DNA of 64,000 bases, taken from positions 248,001-312,000 of the forward strand of contig JBODTK010000102.1 of NCBI GenBank assembly GCA_050613775.1. Direction: 5' to 3'. This DNA is from Neocallimastix sp. 'constans'. Its lineage: Eukaryota. Position numbers and translations under genes: made by a program. Below, piece by piece: positions 25,200 to 36,499 of the stretch. The first letter of the stretch is position 1. The number at the start of each line of letters is the position of its first letter. The notes under the pieces were generated by a model. The model made no database searches, was not told where the DNA came from, and saw nothing but the letters and a program-made list of their open reading frames with translations.

Positions 25200-25960
25200 A
25201 CAATATGATAGGCAGTGCGCGATAAAATATTCAATTTCAAAAGAAAATGATTATTCAATTGATATTGATGCGTTATTATTAAAGAAAGAATTTATAGAAC
25301 AATATTATGAAGAATTCATAAAAGAAATTATAGGTTTATATCCTTCAAATCAATATATTTCATATTTATCTTATGTTTTTGCTATATATCTTAATGGAAA
25401 TAGAATACATAGAAATCATAAATTAGAAATGTTACCTCTTAATTTTTTCAATAATACAAATAATTCAATGTTAAACATTGAATTTTCAAATAAATTAAAT
25501 AAATTTAATAAATTATTTGAAAATTTAAAAAAATACCTTTACAAACGATATAAAATTTCATATTTCGAAATATTATATGCTCCTGTTATTGTCACAATGA
25601 CAACATACCCATCAGTTGAAAAAAGTATTGTTATAATGTTAGAACATTTTAAGAGGCAAACCTTGAAACCTGATTTAATTACTGTATGGCTCTCTGAAAC
25701 TAAGTATCCAAAAGATATTATACCAGCTCATCTGAAACCATTCGTAGAAGAAGGTTACATTGAGCTTCATTGGATTCCTACAAATACTAATACATATAAA
25801 AGATATGAAATAATAATCATATAATAATGCATATGTAATAACAGCAGACGATGATATTAATTGCCACGAAAAATATAAAGATGAAATATACACCAATACA
25901 ATTAAACGATTTGTAAATAATATAATTAAACAATGTTCATTTATGAAACTTAATTGTATA
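25200..25960 (+). pseudogene. Frameshifted bacterial-type GT-A glycosyltransferase fragment
   Basis: VIVTMTTYP..RQTLKPDLITVWLSETKYP..IELHWI..TYKRY in ORF 25429..25824, then after a frameshift NAYVITADDDI (DxD); pattern resembles glycosyltransferases of bacterial capsule/EPS loci. Confidence 0.7.
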
Positions 25961-26823
25961 TCTCTTTTTATTAAGTTAAAATAATATAGTCACCAATTTT
26001 TATCAATCATAAGATAATAAAATTAATTAATTTTATTTAACCAAATAATAAAATTTTTAAATTATATAAATTATATCATATAAAACTATATTAAAATTAG
26101 ACATTATTTTATAAATATGAAAAAACATTAAAGAATATATCCATTAATTAATCAATATATAAACTTAAGCATTAAGATAAATGATATAAATAAGTTGAAA
26201 AAGTAAAACAAATAATTTCATTTTATAATTATTTATTAAAAATAAACGCGTCGCTTTAACAAAGGGAGTAATGCTAAAACACCGAAAGGAGTGAAACTCA
26301 ATAGGTTTACTTTTAGAAATAATTCGTTTTATTAGAAATGATTTTTTATTAATTATAAATTTTAAAATATTTTATAATATTAATTTAAGAGTGTTTTATT
26401 TCTAATTACTTATATGGAAATTGAATAGTTAATAGTTTATATTTAATAGTTAATAAATTCACAAAGAAAGAATATTTTCATTCATGAAGTTCGTACTATT
26501 TATATTTTAAACGGAAAAAATTTTTAAAATGTAATAATAAATTTAGAAATATATTAATATTAATTCATAATGAAACTCTTCAAGATTTTAATTGATGAAA
26601 AATGGATCTAATTGAAAAAGAATAATATATTAATTAATATAAGAATTTGTAAATTCATTTCGGTTGAATTACAGACAAAAAGAATCTTTAAATTTCTATA
26701 ATTTATACATAAATAATATTAAGAAAGATATTATAAATGTTTAAAAAAATAATTTTAAAAAACCGGTTGAGGGGTGAGACGAACTAATGAAGCAATGGTT
26801 ATGGCCAAAGTAACTAAACATTG

Positions 26824-29800
26824 TTTTAGACACACTAATACACTAATGTTTATATAATTAAATAATAGTTTAATTTATTTATATTATAGATATTACATTA
26901 TTTATTAATATATTTTTTTATAAAAATAGAACTGAAGAAAAGCATATTCATTTAGAAAGCTTTTATACATGAATATTATTTATTAAACTAATTTATCGGT
27001 TAATATAAAATGAAATATAGTAAATATATTTTAACACTCCTCCTCAAATGTAACTTCGTTTCAATGTTACATTTGTTTGATTTTGACTATAATTTTTAGA
27101 ATTAAAATTTTAAATTATCAATTTTATATAACAAAGAATTTCTGAATTTTTCCATAAGAGTGTTGTTCAGATATTTAGTGAATCCATCGGCCAAATTATT
27201 TTGAGATTGAATATATTCTAATTTTGTGAAATTTTTATTTATTATTTCTCTAATATAATGAATTCTTATATTTATATGTTTTGTCTTCGGATTAATGTAT
27301 TGATTTTTGCTCTTGAATATGGCAGCTTTGTTATCTATTTTTATTTTAATACATTTAATATTATAATATAATTCTTTCATTAAGTTTAAATACCAAATGC
27401 AGTGCTTGCCACATTCACTCAGACTATAATACTCCGATTCTGCAGTAGATGTTGACACACAGTGTTGTAGCTTGGAACACCAGCTAGTTGGTGCGTTGCC
27501 CATGGTTACTAAAAAACCTGTCGTTAATCTTCTGGTTTCAGTGTCTCCTGCAAAGTCGGCATCAATAAAGGCTTCTATTCCTAGTTTCCTTGTATAGTTT
27601 ATCCCGAAACTCGTTGTTCCTTTAAGATATCTTAGTATTCTTACGACATTGTTCCAGTCTTCCATATTCGGATTATTTGATTTTCGTGCTGCTTTACTTA
27701 CCGAAAATAGAATATCAGGTCTGGTGCATATAGCAATGTAAAGTAAATTTCCTATTGCACTTCGTAAAGTAGTTTTATTAAATTTTATATTTCTAAGTTT
27801 ATCGTCTATAATTGGTTTTGTATTTCTTAATGGATTTTCATTATTCATATTGAATTTTTCTAAAACTTCCATAATATATCTTCTTTGATGTATAAAATAT
27901 CCATTTTTGTGTTTAACAAATTTTATTCCGATAACGAAATCCACGTCGCCAATTTCTTTTATCTTATATTTTCTTTTGAAATATTCTTTTATACATTTAA
28001 TTTCATTTTCCTTTCCAGCGATTAAAATATCATCAACATAAATACCGACGATACATAAAATGTTTTTATTTGATCATTTCTATACATGGTTCATTTACCA
28101 TTCTTCTAAGTCCTATTTTTAGTTAAGAATTTATTAATTTCTTTGTTCCATTCTCGTCCGCTTTGTTTCAAACCATATATAGCACTGTTTTATTTCCAGT
28201 ATTTTCTATTAAAATCTGGATGACCTTCTGGAGGTTTCATATAAACATTTTCACTTAATTTAGCATTAAGATAAGCAGTTTTTATATCAATTTGTTCTAT
28301 ATTAAAATTATTTTGGGCAGCAATTGAAGTTAAAATTCTGATAGAGTCGTGTTTTAACGTTGGTGCAAAAGTATCATGAAAATCTATTCCAAATTCTTTG
28401 CTAAAACCTCGTGCTACCAATCTTGCCTTTCTTTTTGTTATCTTGCCATTCTCATTTCTTTTATATTTGAAAATCCATCGTGAGGAAATTACATTGGCAG
28501 TTTTAGGTATATATTTAATTGTATTAAATGTATTTAAGTTTTTCATATTACTTAATTCTTCATTTCTGCATTAATTCACTCTTTTCTATCAGTTAAATTT
28601 TTAATGTCTTTTATAATAATCCATTTGGGCGTGATGTCGTTAGTTATATCAATTTTTTTAGTGTTCTTTTCATAAACTAACGAACTATCAAATTGATCCT
28701 ACGGATAATCTATTAATTCTTCTCTTATATTTCTCTTTCTTAACTTCTTTACAATTGGATGAAGGACATATTTTGTCAATTTAATTATTATTAGCAAATA
28801 CAGAATCTTTCTTCTCCAACCAAGGTAGTTTTCAGTATTTAGTTAAGTAATTTGGTTGAAATTTCGGAATAATTAAAGGCTATTCCGTTATGTGTAATAT
28901 CTTCTCCAGTGAGGTTAATAACTTGTTCTTGATTTCTTCTTCTTAGAGCCATTTCAAGTACTTTTGAAATTTTAAATTTTTTATTATTGTTTTAAATTAA
29001 TTATAACTATTTTTTTTATCATTTTTATTAATAAAAAATATTTTTGTAGTTTTAAAAAATATTATAATATTTAATTCTGCTAATTTTTATTAATTTATTA
29101 GTATTAATTTGTTATATTAAAAATTCTCATTTTAATTTTTATTTAAATTTGATTTTATTAATTTGTTACTATTTTTATCTCATTGAGTGTTGAAATACCA
29201 AACTTTAATAAATAAGGCATTTATATTATTTAATTTATTATTAATTTTAATTAAATAAAAGGTGATTATTATTTGATTAGAATTTTTTATTTTTTTATTC
29301 ATTGATTAGTTTTATAATTTTATTTTAATATATTTGATATATTACATAATGTGATTTATTTAAAAATTTATTTAATACATATAATTAATTTTTTTATTAT
29401 TATTTGGATTTATTTATATTTTTTTTTATATTAATAATATTTTAGTTTCAAATTTATCTAAATACCATCAGTTGACTATTTATTTCTCATCTTGATGATA
29501 TTAGATTTAATTTAATTTAATATTAGTATCATCAGTTGACTATTTAATTTTCATCTTGATGATACTAGATTTAATTTATTTTAATATTAATATCATCAGT
29601 TGATAATAAATTTTTCATCTTGATGATATTAATTTTATTATTTGACAATTTAACTATAATTTTATTTATTGTTGATAAAAAAAATATCTTTATTTCTTAC
29701 GGATTTGATTCGGTAATAAATAAAATACAATAAATAATAAAAATAATAATTTATTAATTCTTTGGTTTTATTGAAAGGTAAAATAAAAAAATTTAATTTA

Positions 29801-30062
29801 TATTATAACTTAACTTTATTTTAATTCAAACTCAATTAGTGGAATGACTCTCTTAATCTTTTAGACACACTAATGTTTATATAATTAAATAATAGTTTAA
29901 TTTATTCATATTATAGATATTATATTATTTATTAATATATTTTTTATAAAAATAGAACTAAAGAAAAACATATTCATTTAGAAAGCTTTTATACATGAAT
30001 ATTTTTTATTAAACTAATTGATTGATTAATTTAAAATGAAATATAGTAAATATATTTTAACA
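26824..30062 (-). mobile_element. Internally deleted Ty1/copia element with both LTRs (~26824-27036, ~29859-30062)
   Basis: RT/RNase H ORFs 28190..28546 (KARLVARGF) and 27102..27944 (DADFAGD, NLADGFTK); gag start MALRRRNQEQ at ~28952; matching LTRs; PPT complement CTCCTCCTC at 27037; PBS-like CTCTTAATC at ~29850; no clean TSD. Confidence 0.9.
29465..29635. repeat. Three tandem copies of a ~63-bp unit in the copia 5' leader
   Basis: CATCAGTTGA(C)TA...TCATCTTGATGATA at ~29467, ~29530 and ~29595. Confidence 0.8.
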
Positions 30063-31322
30063 TATTTTATATTCAATAAATTTTTAATTTATTATAATAT
30101 TTTTATTTAATATATTTCAAATTTTAATTTAAAATAATTTTAAAATGTCCAATTATATGAATCCATTAAATAAAATATTTATAAATGTTTTATCCAATAA
30201 AAATTAAAATTAAATTAAATTCAATCAAACAAAAATATAAATTTAAATATTTTTATTAAACTTTAATAAATAATATTTAATCAAATCTATTAAAACTAAT
30301 AAAAATTTAAAATTTTTTTTAAAAAAAAAATATTTTATTAATAATATTTAATATTTATAAAGATTATTTTCAGATAATCAATATAAAAGAATTTATACAT
30401 ATTATTTGAATTATTTGCTAGGAATATTGAGGAAACCTTGTATTCTTTAAATATTAATAAAATTTTTAATTAAAAATATAAAAAAATGTATTAATATAAA
30501 TGATATTTATTTTAAATATCTTAAAAATAAAAGAAAATAATGGTTTATTTGTGAACAAAATAAAAGCTTTCATGAATTAAAACAAATAAATGATAAAGAA
30601 ACACTAAAAGAAAATTTTTTATAAAATTCTAAATGAGAAAATTTAAATAATTAATATATAAAAATATTAAATATTTAGATTATAAATAAATATCTAGATT
30701 TGATTGAAATCTTCCGGTATGAAAGAAATATAAATAACCATTAAGACTGATACCAACCTTAAAGCAATATCCTAATAATCAAATATTAATTTGTAATAAC
30801 CATATAATAAGAAAATAATGATAGATAAAAATGTTTTTAGAAGAAAATAAAAAAAATATTCTAATGATATAATTTTCGGTGCTTCAAATCAATACTTAAC
30901 ACCTAAATATAAATTGAAATCATATAAATATTTATATATAAAATTAGAAGTAAGTGAATTATGATATTATATAAAATTAATAAAAAATAAAAAACACATA
31001 TTATTTAAATATAGCTATATTCAATATGCTTAATATAATCAATATATATATTAAAAAAAATTATATTAGTATAAATATAATAATCAATAATAAACCAATA
31101 TTATAAATTATATATTGTTATTATTTTTGTAAATTATTTTATTTAATTTCAGCATTATTTTAAAAAATAATAATTAATAATCCTACAAAACTAGACAAAC
31201 AAAATTAAAAAAATAAAAAAATTAATTTATAAAATAAATATAAATATATAAAAAAAAATAAGAATTCTATTTTTTTTAAATAAATATTTAATTTAATAGA
31301 AGTTAAAAAAAAATAGTTAAAA

Positions 31323-31905
31323 ATGGTTGAATCTAATAATCATTTTTCCTTTAACTTGCTTTAATCAAGCTTTTAAAGAACAAGTTAACGCTTAATTTGG
31401 CTTTTCCTAACCAGTTAAAACTATTGTTCCAAAAGTTGATACAGCTATTGATAAACTTAATATATTAAAGAAATATATCAAATATATCAAACAAACCAAA
31501 TACGACGTTAAAAAGATGATTAATTGTATGAAAACTACCATAAATGTATAAAAGCAATTTGCCTTGGTTTCTAAAGATGCAAAATTAAAAGGAGATGAAG
31601 TTGTTTTAAAACAAAAGTTAAATCTTGTTAGTGATTCTTTAAGTTCAAGTTCAAAGGATATTTAATGCTTATATTTCACAGCTATGGAAAACTTCCATGA
31701 ATGGTTAAAAACTTTCTTAGATAAGGCTATTCGTGATGCCGAAGATTCTGTTTACAATTCTAATACTGTTCGTACTGAAATGGATATTACCATTCAAATG
31801 ATTGCTCAAACTAAACAAAGATTAAGTACTGAAATTAATGGTAGTCAAAAATATAGACATGTTGTGAAAAACAAATTTATAAATCTAAGACAAACACTAT
31901 ATTAA
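31323..31905 (+). pseudogene. Disrupted unknown helical protein
   Basis: Coding-like, less AT-rich stretch; a frame from ~31420 (KTIVPKVDTAIDKLN...) runs through two stops into ORF 31684..31905; family not recognised. Confidence 0.4.
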
Positions 31906-32370
31906 TAAAAACAATATAACGAAGTATTTTATGTTATGAGTAATATTATAAAATGTTTATTAATAATTTTTATTATAAGGATATATATATTTTTCTAAGA
32001 GATATTTTTACATTAAATTTATTTCATATTTTTATATCTTAGTTAACATTATTTAATTTACTTAGAGATTAATTATTGGTTGATATAAATTAATAATATA
32101 AATAAATGTATGTAACGATTTCGTCTCTAACACATGTTACTTCAATATCAAAGAAACATGAATAATCCTATAAAATAAAGAAGAATAAATATGAGTTATT
32201 ATGTGAAGAAGTTATTCAAAAAAAATGAATTATTAAAAGCTAAGAGTAACGCTGATATACCAAATTACCTTCAATTAGTATATAATTCTATACATATTTA
32301 CTATCATCAATCAGTAAAATATTTCCCAGAAAGTGATTCATAAAAATATAAATATATAAAAAAAAAAAAA

Positions 32371-32401
<31 letters not shown>

Positions 32402-32649
32402 TAAAATAAAAAGACATAGTAATAATTTAACTAAAGAAAGATTAATGTATAATAGTAATAAAAAAAAATAATAACTCCAATCCAATTTGAAAGTAAAGGG
32501 AAATGCTAGAATTTAAAATATATAAAAATAATTTATTAAGTTTACTAATAATAATAAAATAACTTTTTTTCATATTCTTTAAATATGTTATTTGTATTGT
32601 CATTAAAAATAAAAATATTATTTAATAATATAATACATTTGCCACATTT

Positions 32650-33116
32650 CTACTCAACTCTAACTTTCACTCAAACTTAGATTTGAGGGGGAATGTTAGA
32701 AACAAAAATATAAAGCTTTAAAATTATATTAATTAAAGGAGTAATGTTGTATATATTAATATATTAGTGTAAGATATGTGACCAATAATAATAATAGGCC
32801 ACATATTATGTATTATCATATTAAAAATGAAAACATTATATTATATTAAAATACTTATATTATATTTCTATTCATCTCTAACTTTTATCCAAAATTAGAT
32901 TTGAGGGAGAAAGTTAGAAATAAAAATATAAAGTTTTATAAATATATTAATTTAAGAAGTAAAGTTATAGTTTTTAATATATCCGTGTACGATTTGTAAC
33001 TAATAGTAATAACAATCCACATAGTACGTTAACTATAAATACCATAAAAATATAATATTTTATATATATACTATTTTTTATTTTTACATGATAAAAAAGA
33101 GATTCCTACTTTTCAA
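32650..33116 (+). repeat. Tandem pair of PPT+LTR units (LTR starts 32694; second, more degenerate unit from ~32875)
   Basis: TTAGATTTGAGGGGGAATGTTAGAAAC at ~32677 and TTAGATTTGAGGGAGAAAGTTAGAAAT at ~32895, each followed by sequence matching the 21888-22090 LTR. Confidence 0.7.
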
Positions 33117-34512
33117 ATACATTTTTACTTATTGCTATTTGGTTTATCAATATTAAAAATAAATTTTATATTAAATTAGAATTAACATATTAAGAACAGA
33201 AATCGTTGCACAGTTCAAAATCTCATAAATATAAAAAAAATTTATTTATTTATTAAATAAATTAACAATTTACTATTTTTCGTAATCACAACAAAGTAAA
33301 AATTGATCGTTTCAATAAATTAGTGTTTATTCTTTTAAAACAATAATTCATGACTGACAACTAAATTATTATTATTTAGAAAAGTATAAACACTTTCAAA
33401 TATATCTAAAATTATCTTCTTAATAATGATTTCAAAAATTATATATCTTTTGAAATTCAATAAAGATTTAAAGTTGACTGTTTAAATAATATAATATATA
33501 AATAAAGAATTCTTCAATATATTGCAAATTTACATAATTAAACGTGAAAATAACCCTGTCTTGGATTTTTTTTTTTATGTTATTCTAAAAATTTAATGAG
33601 TTAAAAGATTTTAGATATTAATAATGATAAATTCACAAAATCATTCTTTCCAGAAATGTTAAAATTTTCTATCCAATATATGAAAGTTCTCATATTTTAT
33701 GTACTCATTTCAAAAATAAATAATTTATACCTAATGATGAAATTTGAGAAAATTATAATAAAAAATGTAAATACAATTAAAGTTACCCAATAATTAAAGA
33801 ATATACATTAAATGATAATAAAAATAAATAAAACAATGAAAATAATATTATTCCATTAAGTATTTCTATACGTATACCTTAAATTAAAAATGAAATTTCC
33901 AGACGCGTTTATTATGTATATAAATACTACTTCAATGAATAAATTCAAAAGTTCATTAAAAACTAAATATATTATATTATTATTAAATTCAAAAATGAAA
34001 ATTTTAATTATAATTTAAAAAACGAAATATACATTTAAAGGAAAATGTAATAAATAAACACATTTTTTATTTTAAATTAAAATTAACTAATTTTAATACA
34101 TAAAATAAATTATTATTATATGGTTTAAATTTTAAAATTTAAAAAAAATTTATTATTTCTCTCTTTTAATTTATTTTTAAATATAAAACATAAAAATAAA
34201 ATTAATATGTAAAAAAGTAAATTTAGATGGAAAAATATTTAATTTAAATTGGTAAGAATTTTATAAAAAAAATTAATAATCCGAAAATTATAAATAATTT
34301 TAAAATTTCCTTAAAGTGAAATTAATACAAAAATAGAAATTTTTTACAAATAGTAATAATAATAAAAAAAAAACACTTCAATTAAATACTTGATATTTAT
34401 ATTGAAATTTTATTTATATTTATTAAAAGAAAAAAATCAAACTTTTTTAAAAATAACATAATCTAAATATTTTTTTCAAGTATATTTTTAAAATTTTGTG
34501 TTTTATAAAAAT

Positions 34513-35550
34513 ATGAGAAATAAATATATTTTGATTTTAATTTTGATTATTATAAAATTAGTATATTTTGCTGAAAGTAAAATATCCAAATGTGAAAAAC
34601 TAATTAAAAAATATCATTCATCAAAAACTAATAGTACTATAAAATATTATGATAATACAAATTACGATTTTAAATTAGCATGCAATAAAAGATGTAAAAA
34701 TCATATATTTAAAATTTGTAAGAAAGATTTAATAAAATGGTATAAAATAAAAATGAAAATTAATGATTTTGATATAGAAAATCCAAAGACATATAATGAA
34801 AAAATACAATGGATGAAATTATATGATAATAGTCCTTTGAAAACACAATTAACAGATAAATACTTAGTAAGAGATTGGATAAAAGAAAAAATTGGTGACA
34901 AATATTTAATACCATTATTAGGGGTTTGGGATTCCTTTGATGAAATAAATTTTGATTTATTACCTGAACAATTTGTGCTAAAAACAAATCATGGTAGTCA
35001 CTTTAATATAATTGTTAAAAATAAAAAATCTTTAAATATTGAAGAAGCTAAAAATAAAATGAATAAATGGATGAAAATTAATTATACTTTTTATTCCGGA
35101 TTTGAATTTCAATATTTAAACATTAAACCAAAAATAATAGCAGAAGAGTATATTGAAAATTTTGACGGAGACATTTATGATTATAAGGTTTTTTGTTTTA
35201 ATGGTAAAGCGGAAAGTATAGTTGTTAATACAGATAGAAATACAAATGTAAAAATATCAACATATGACTTAAATTGGAATAAATTAGATTATATTTATTC
35301 ATTTCCTTTAAATAAAAAAATGGTTCCTAAACCAAAAAATTTAGATTTATTAATTGAATTAGCCGAAAAATTAGCGGAAGGCTTTCCACATGTCAGAGTA
35401 GATTTTTATATACTTAATGATGGCACCATTAAATTTGGTGAAATGACTTTTAGTTCTATGAGTGGAATATCAAGATGGAAACCTATTCAACAAGATAAAA
35501 TATTCGGAGATTTAATTAAATTACCACTGAAAAAACCATTTGTTTTATAA
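34513..35550 (+). CDS. TupA-like ATP-grasp protein with N-terminal signal peptide/anchor, intronless
   Basis: First ATG at 34513; leader KYILILILIIIKLVYFA; family motifs NPKTYNEKIQW, DKYLVRDWI, YLIPLLGVW, LPEQFVLKTNHGS, PKIIAEEYI, DYKVFCFNG, LAEGFPHVRVDFY, FGEMTF. Confidence 0.9.
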   Translation: MRNKYILILILIIIKLVYFAESKISKCEKLIKKYHSSKTNSTIKYYDNTNYDFKLACNKRCKNHIFKICKKDLIKWYKIKMKINDFDIENPKTYNEKIQWMKLYDNSPLKTQLTDKYLVRDWIKEKIGDKYLIPLLGVWDSFDEINFDLLPEQFVLKTNHGSHFNIIVKNKKSLNIEEAKNKMNKWMKINYTFYSGFEFQYLNIKPKIIAEEYIENFDGDIYDYKVFCFNGKAESIVVNTDRNTNVKISTYDLNWNKLDYIYSFPLNKKMVPKPKNLDLLIELAEKLAEGFPHVRVDFYILNDGTIKFGEMTFSSMSGISRWKPIQQDKIFGDLIKLPLKKPFVL

Positions 35551-36499
35551 ACTAAATTTAATATTAAATATAAAATATTAATAAATTAATATTTATTTGA
35601 ATTAATTTATATAATAAAAATTACAATAATTAAAATAAATGTAAATAAATATATTTATAATAAAAAAATAATTATTTTTTAAAAATTTTTTTAAATATAT
35701 TTCTTATTTAAAAATAAATAATTCATGTGTTACATAAATTCTTAAATTTTTTATTAAATGTAAATAAATAAAATTAAAATAAATATTATTATAATAAATT
35801 AGAAATAATAATAATTAAATTAAAAAATAATAAAATATTTATATGAGTAATAAATCTTATTTTAAAAATAAGAATACACAAAACTTAAATTTTGATTTTT
35901 GAATTTAATAATAATTTTTATTATGTTTTAATTTCGATATAAATAATAATAGAAATATTTATTAACAATTATTATTTCGTTGATTATATTTGTCAAATGT
36001 AATATCAATATTTTAAGTTATAATTTTTAAAAAAATAGTAACACACTAAATTTAAATTTGCATTTAAAAATTATTTTATAATTTAATTTTAATTATTAGC
36101 TTTGTGTTTTACTTTACTGAAGAATAGAGACTATTAATCTTAAAAAATAAATATCAATAAAATATTGTAAAATTATTTAATTGAAATTTATTTAAAATAA
36201 AAGTAAAAAATAATAAAGTATCAAAAAATATCTTATTAAGTTTTAATATTGAAAAAGTTTTAATATTAAAATAGCCATCTATTGAATTTTATAAAGCTTT
36301 AATTCCTCCGGATGACGAAAATTCAGTAAATAATTCTGCTTCTGGTTTAAATTGTTTACAGAAGATATACACTAGAATTTGGAATGGAGAATTTCCTAGT
36401 ACATGGAATGAAACATGAATTATATCTATTACTAAAAAAGGAGATGATCTATCTGATTGTGGCAATTATCGAGGTATCTCTCTGATTAACAATGGTATA

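Noticed and set aside
26760..26823. Hammerhead-ribozyme-like CTAATGAAG followed by a CAATG/CATTG stem
   Set aside because: Core is not CUGANGA and no GAAA follows the stem; it more resembles the LINE 3' end near 53790-53835
29465..29635. Possible CRISPR-like array
   Set aside because: Whole units repeat with no unique spacers; eukaryotic context and no cas genes
3783..35550. Bacterial contamination as the source of the intronless genes
   Set aside because: They share host-like AT-rich codon use, are not in an operon, and are interleaved with spliced genes and copia elements; long-read support should still be checked
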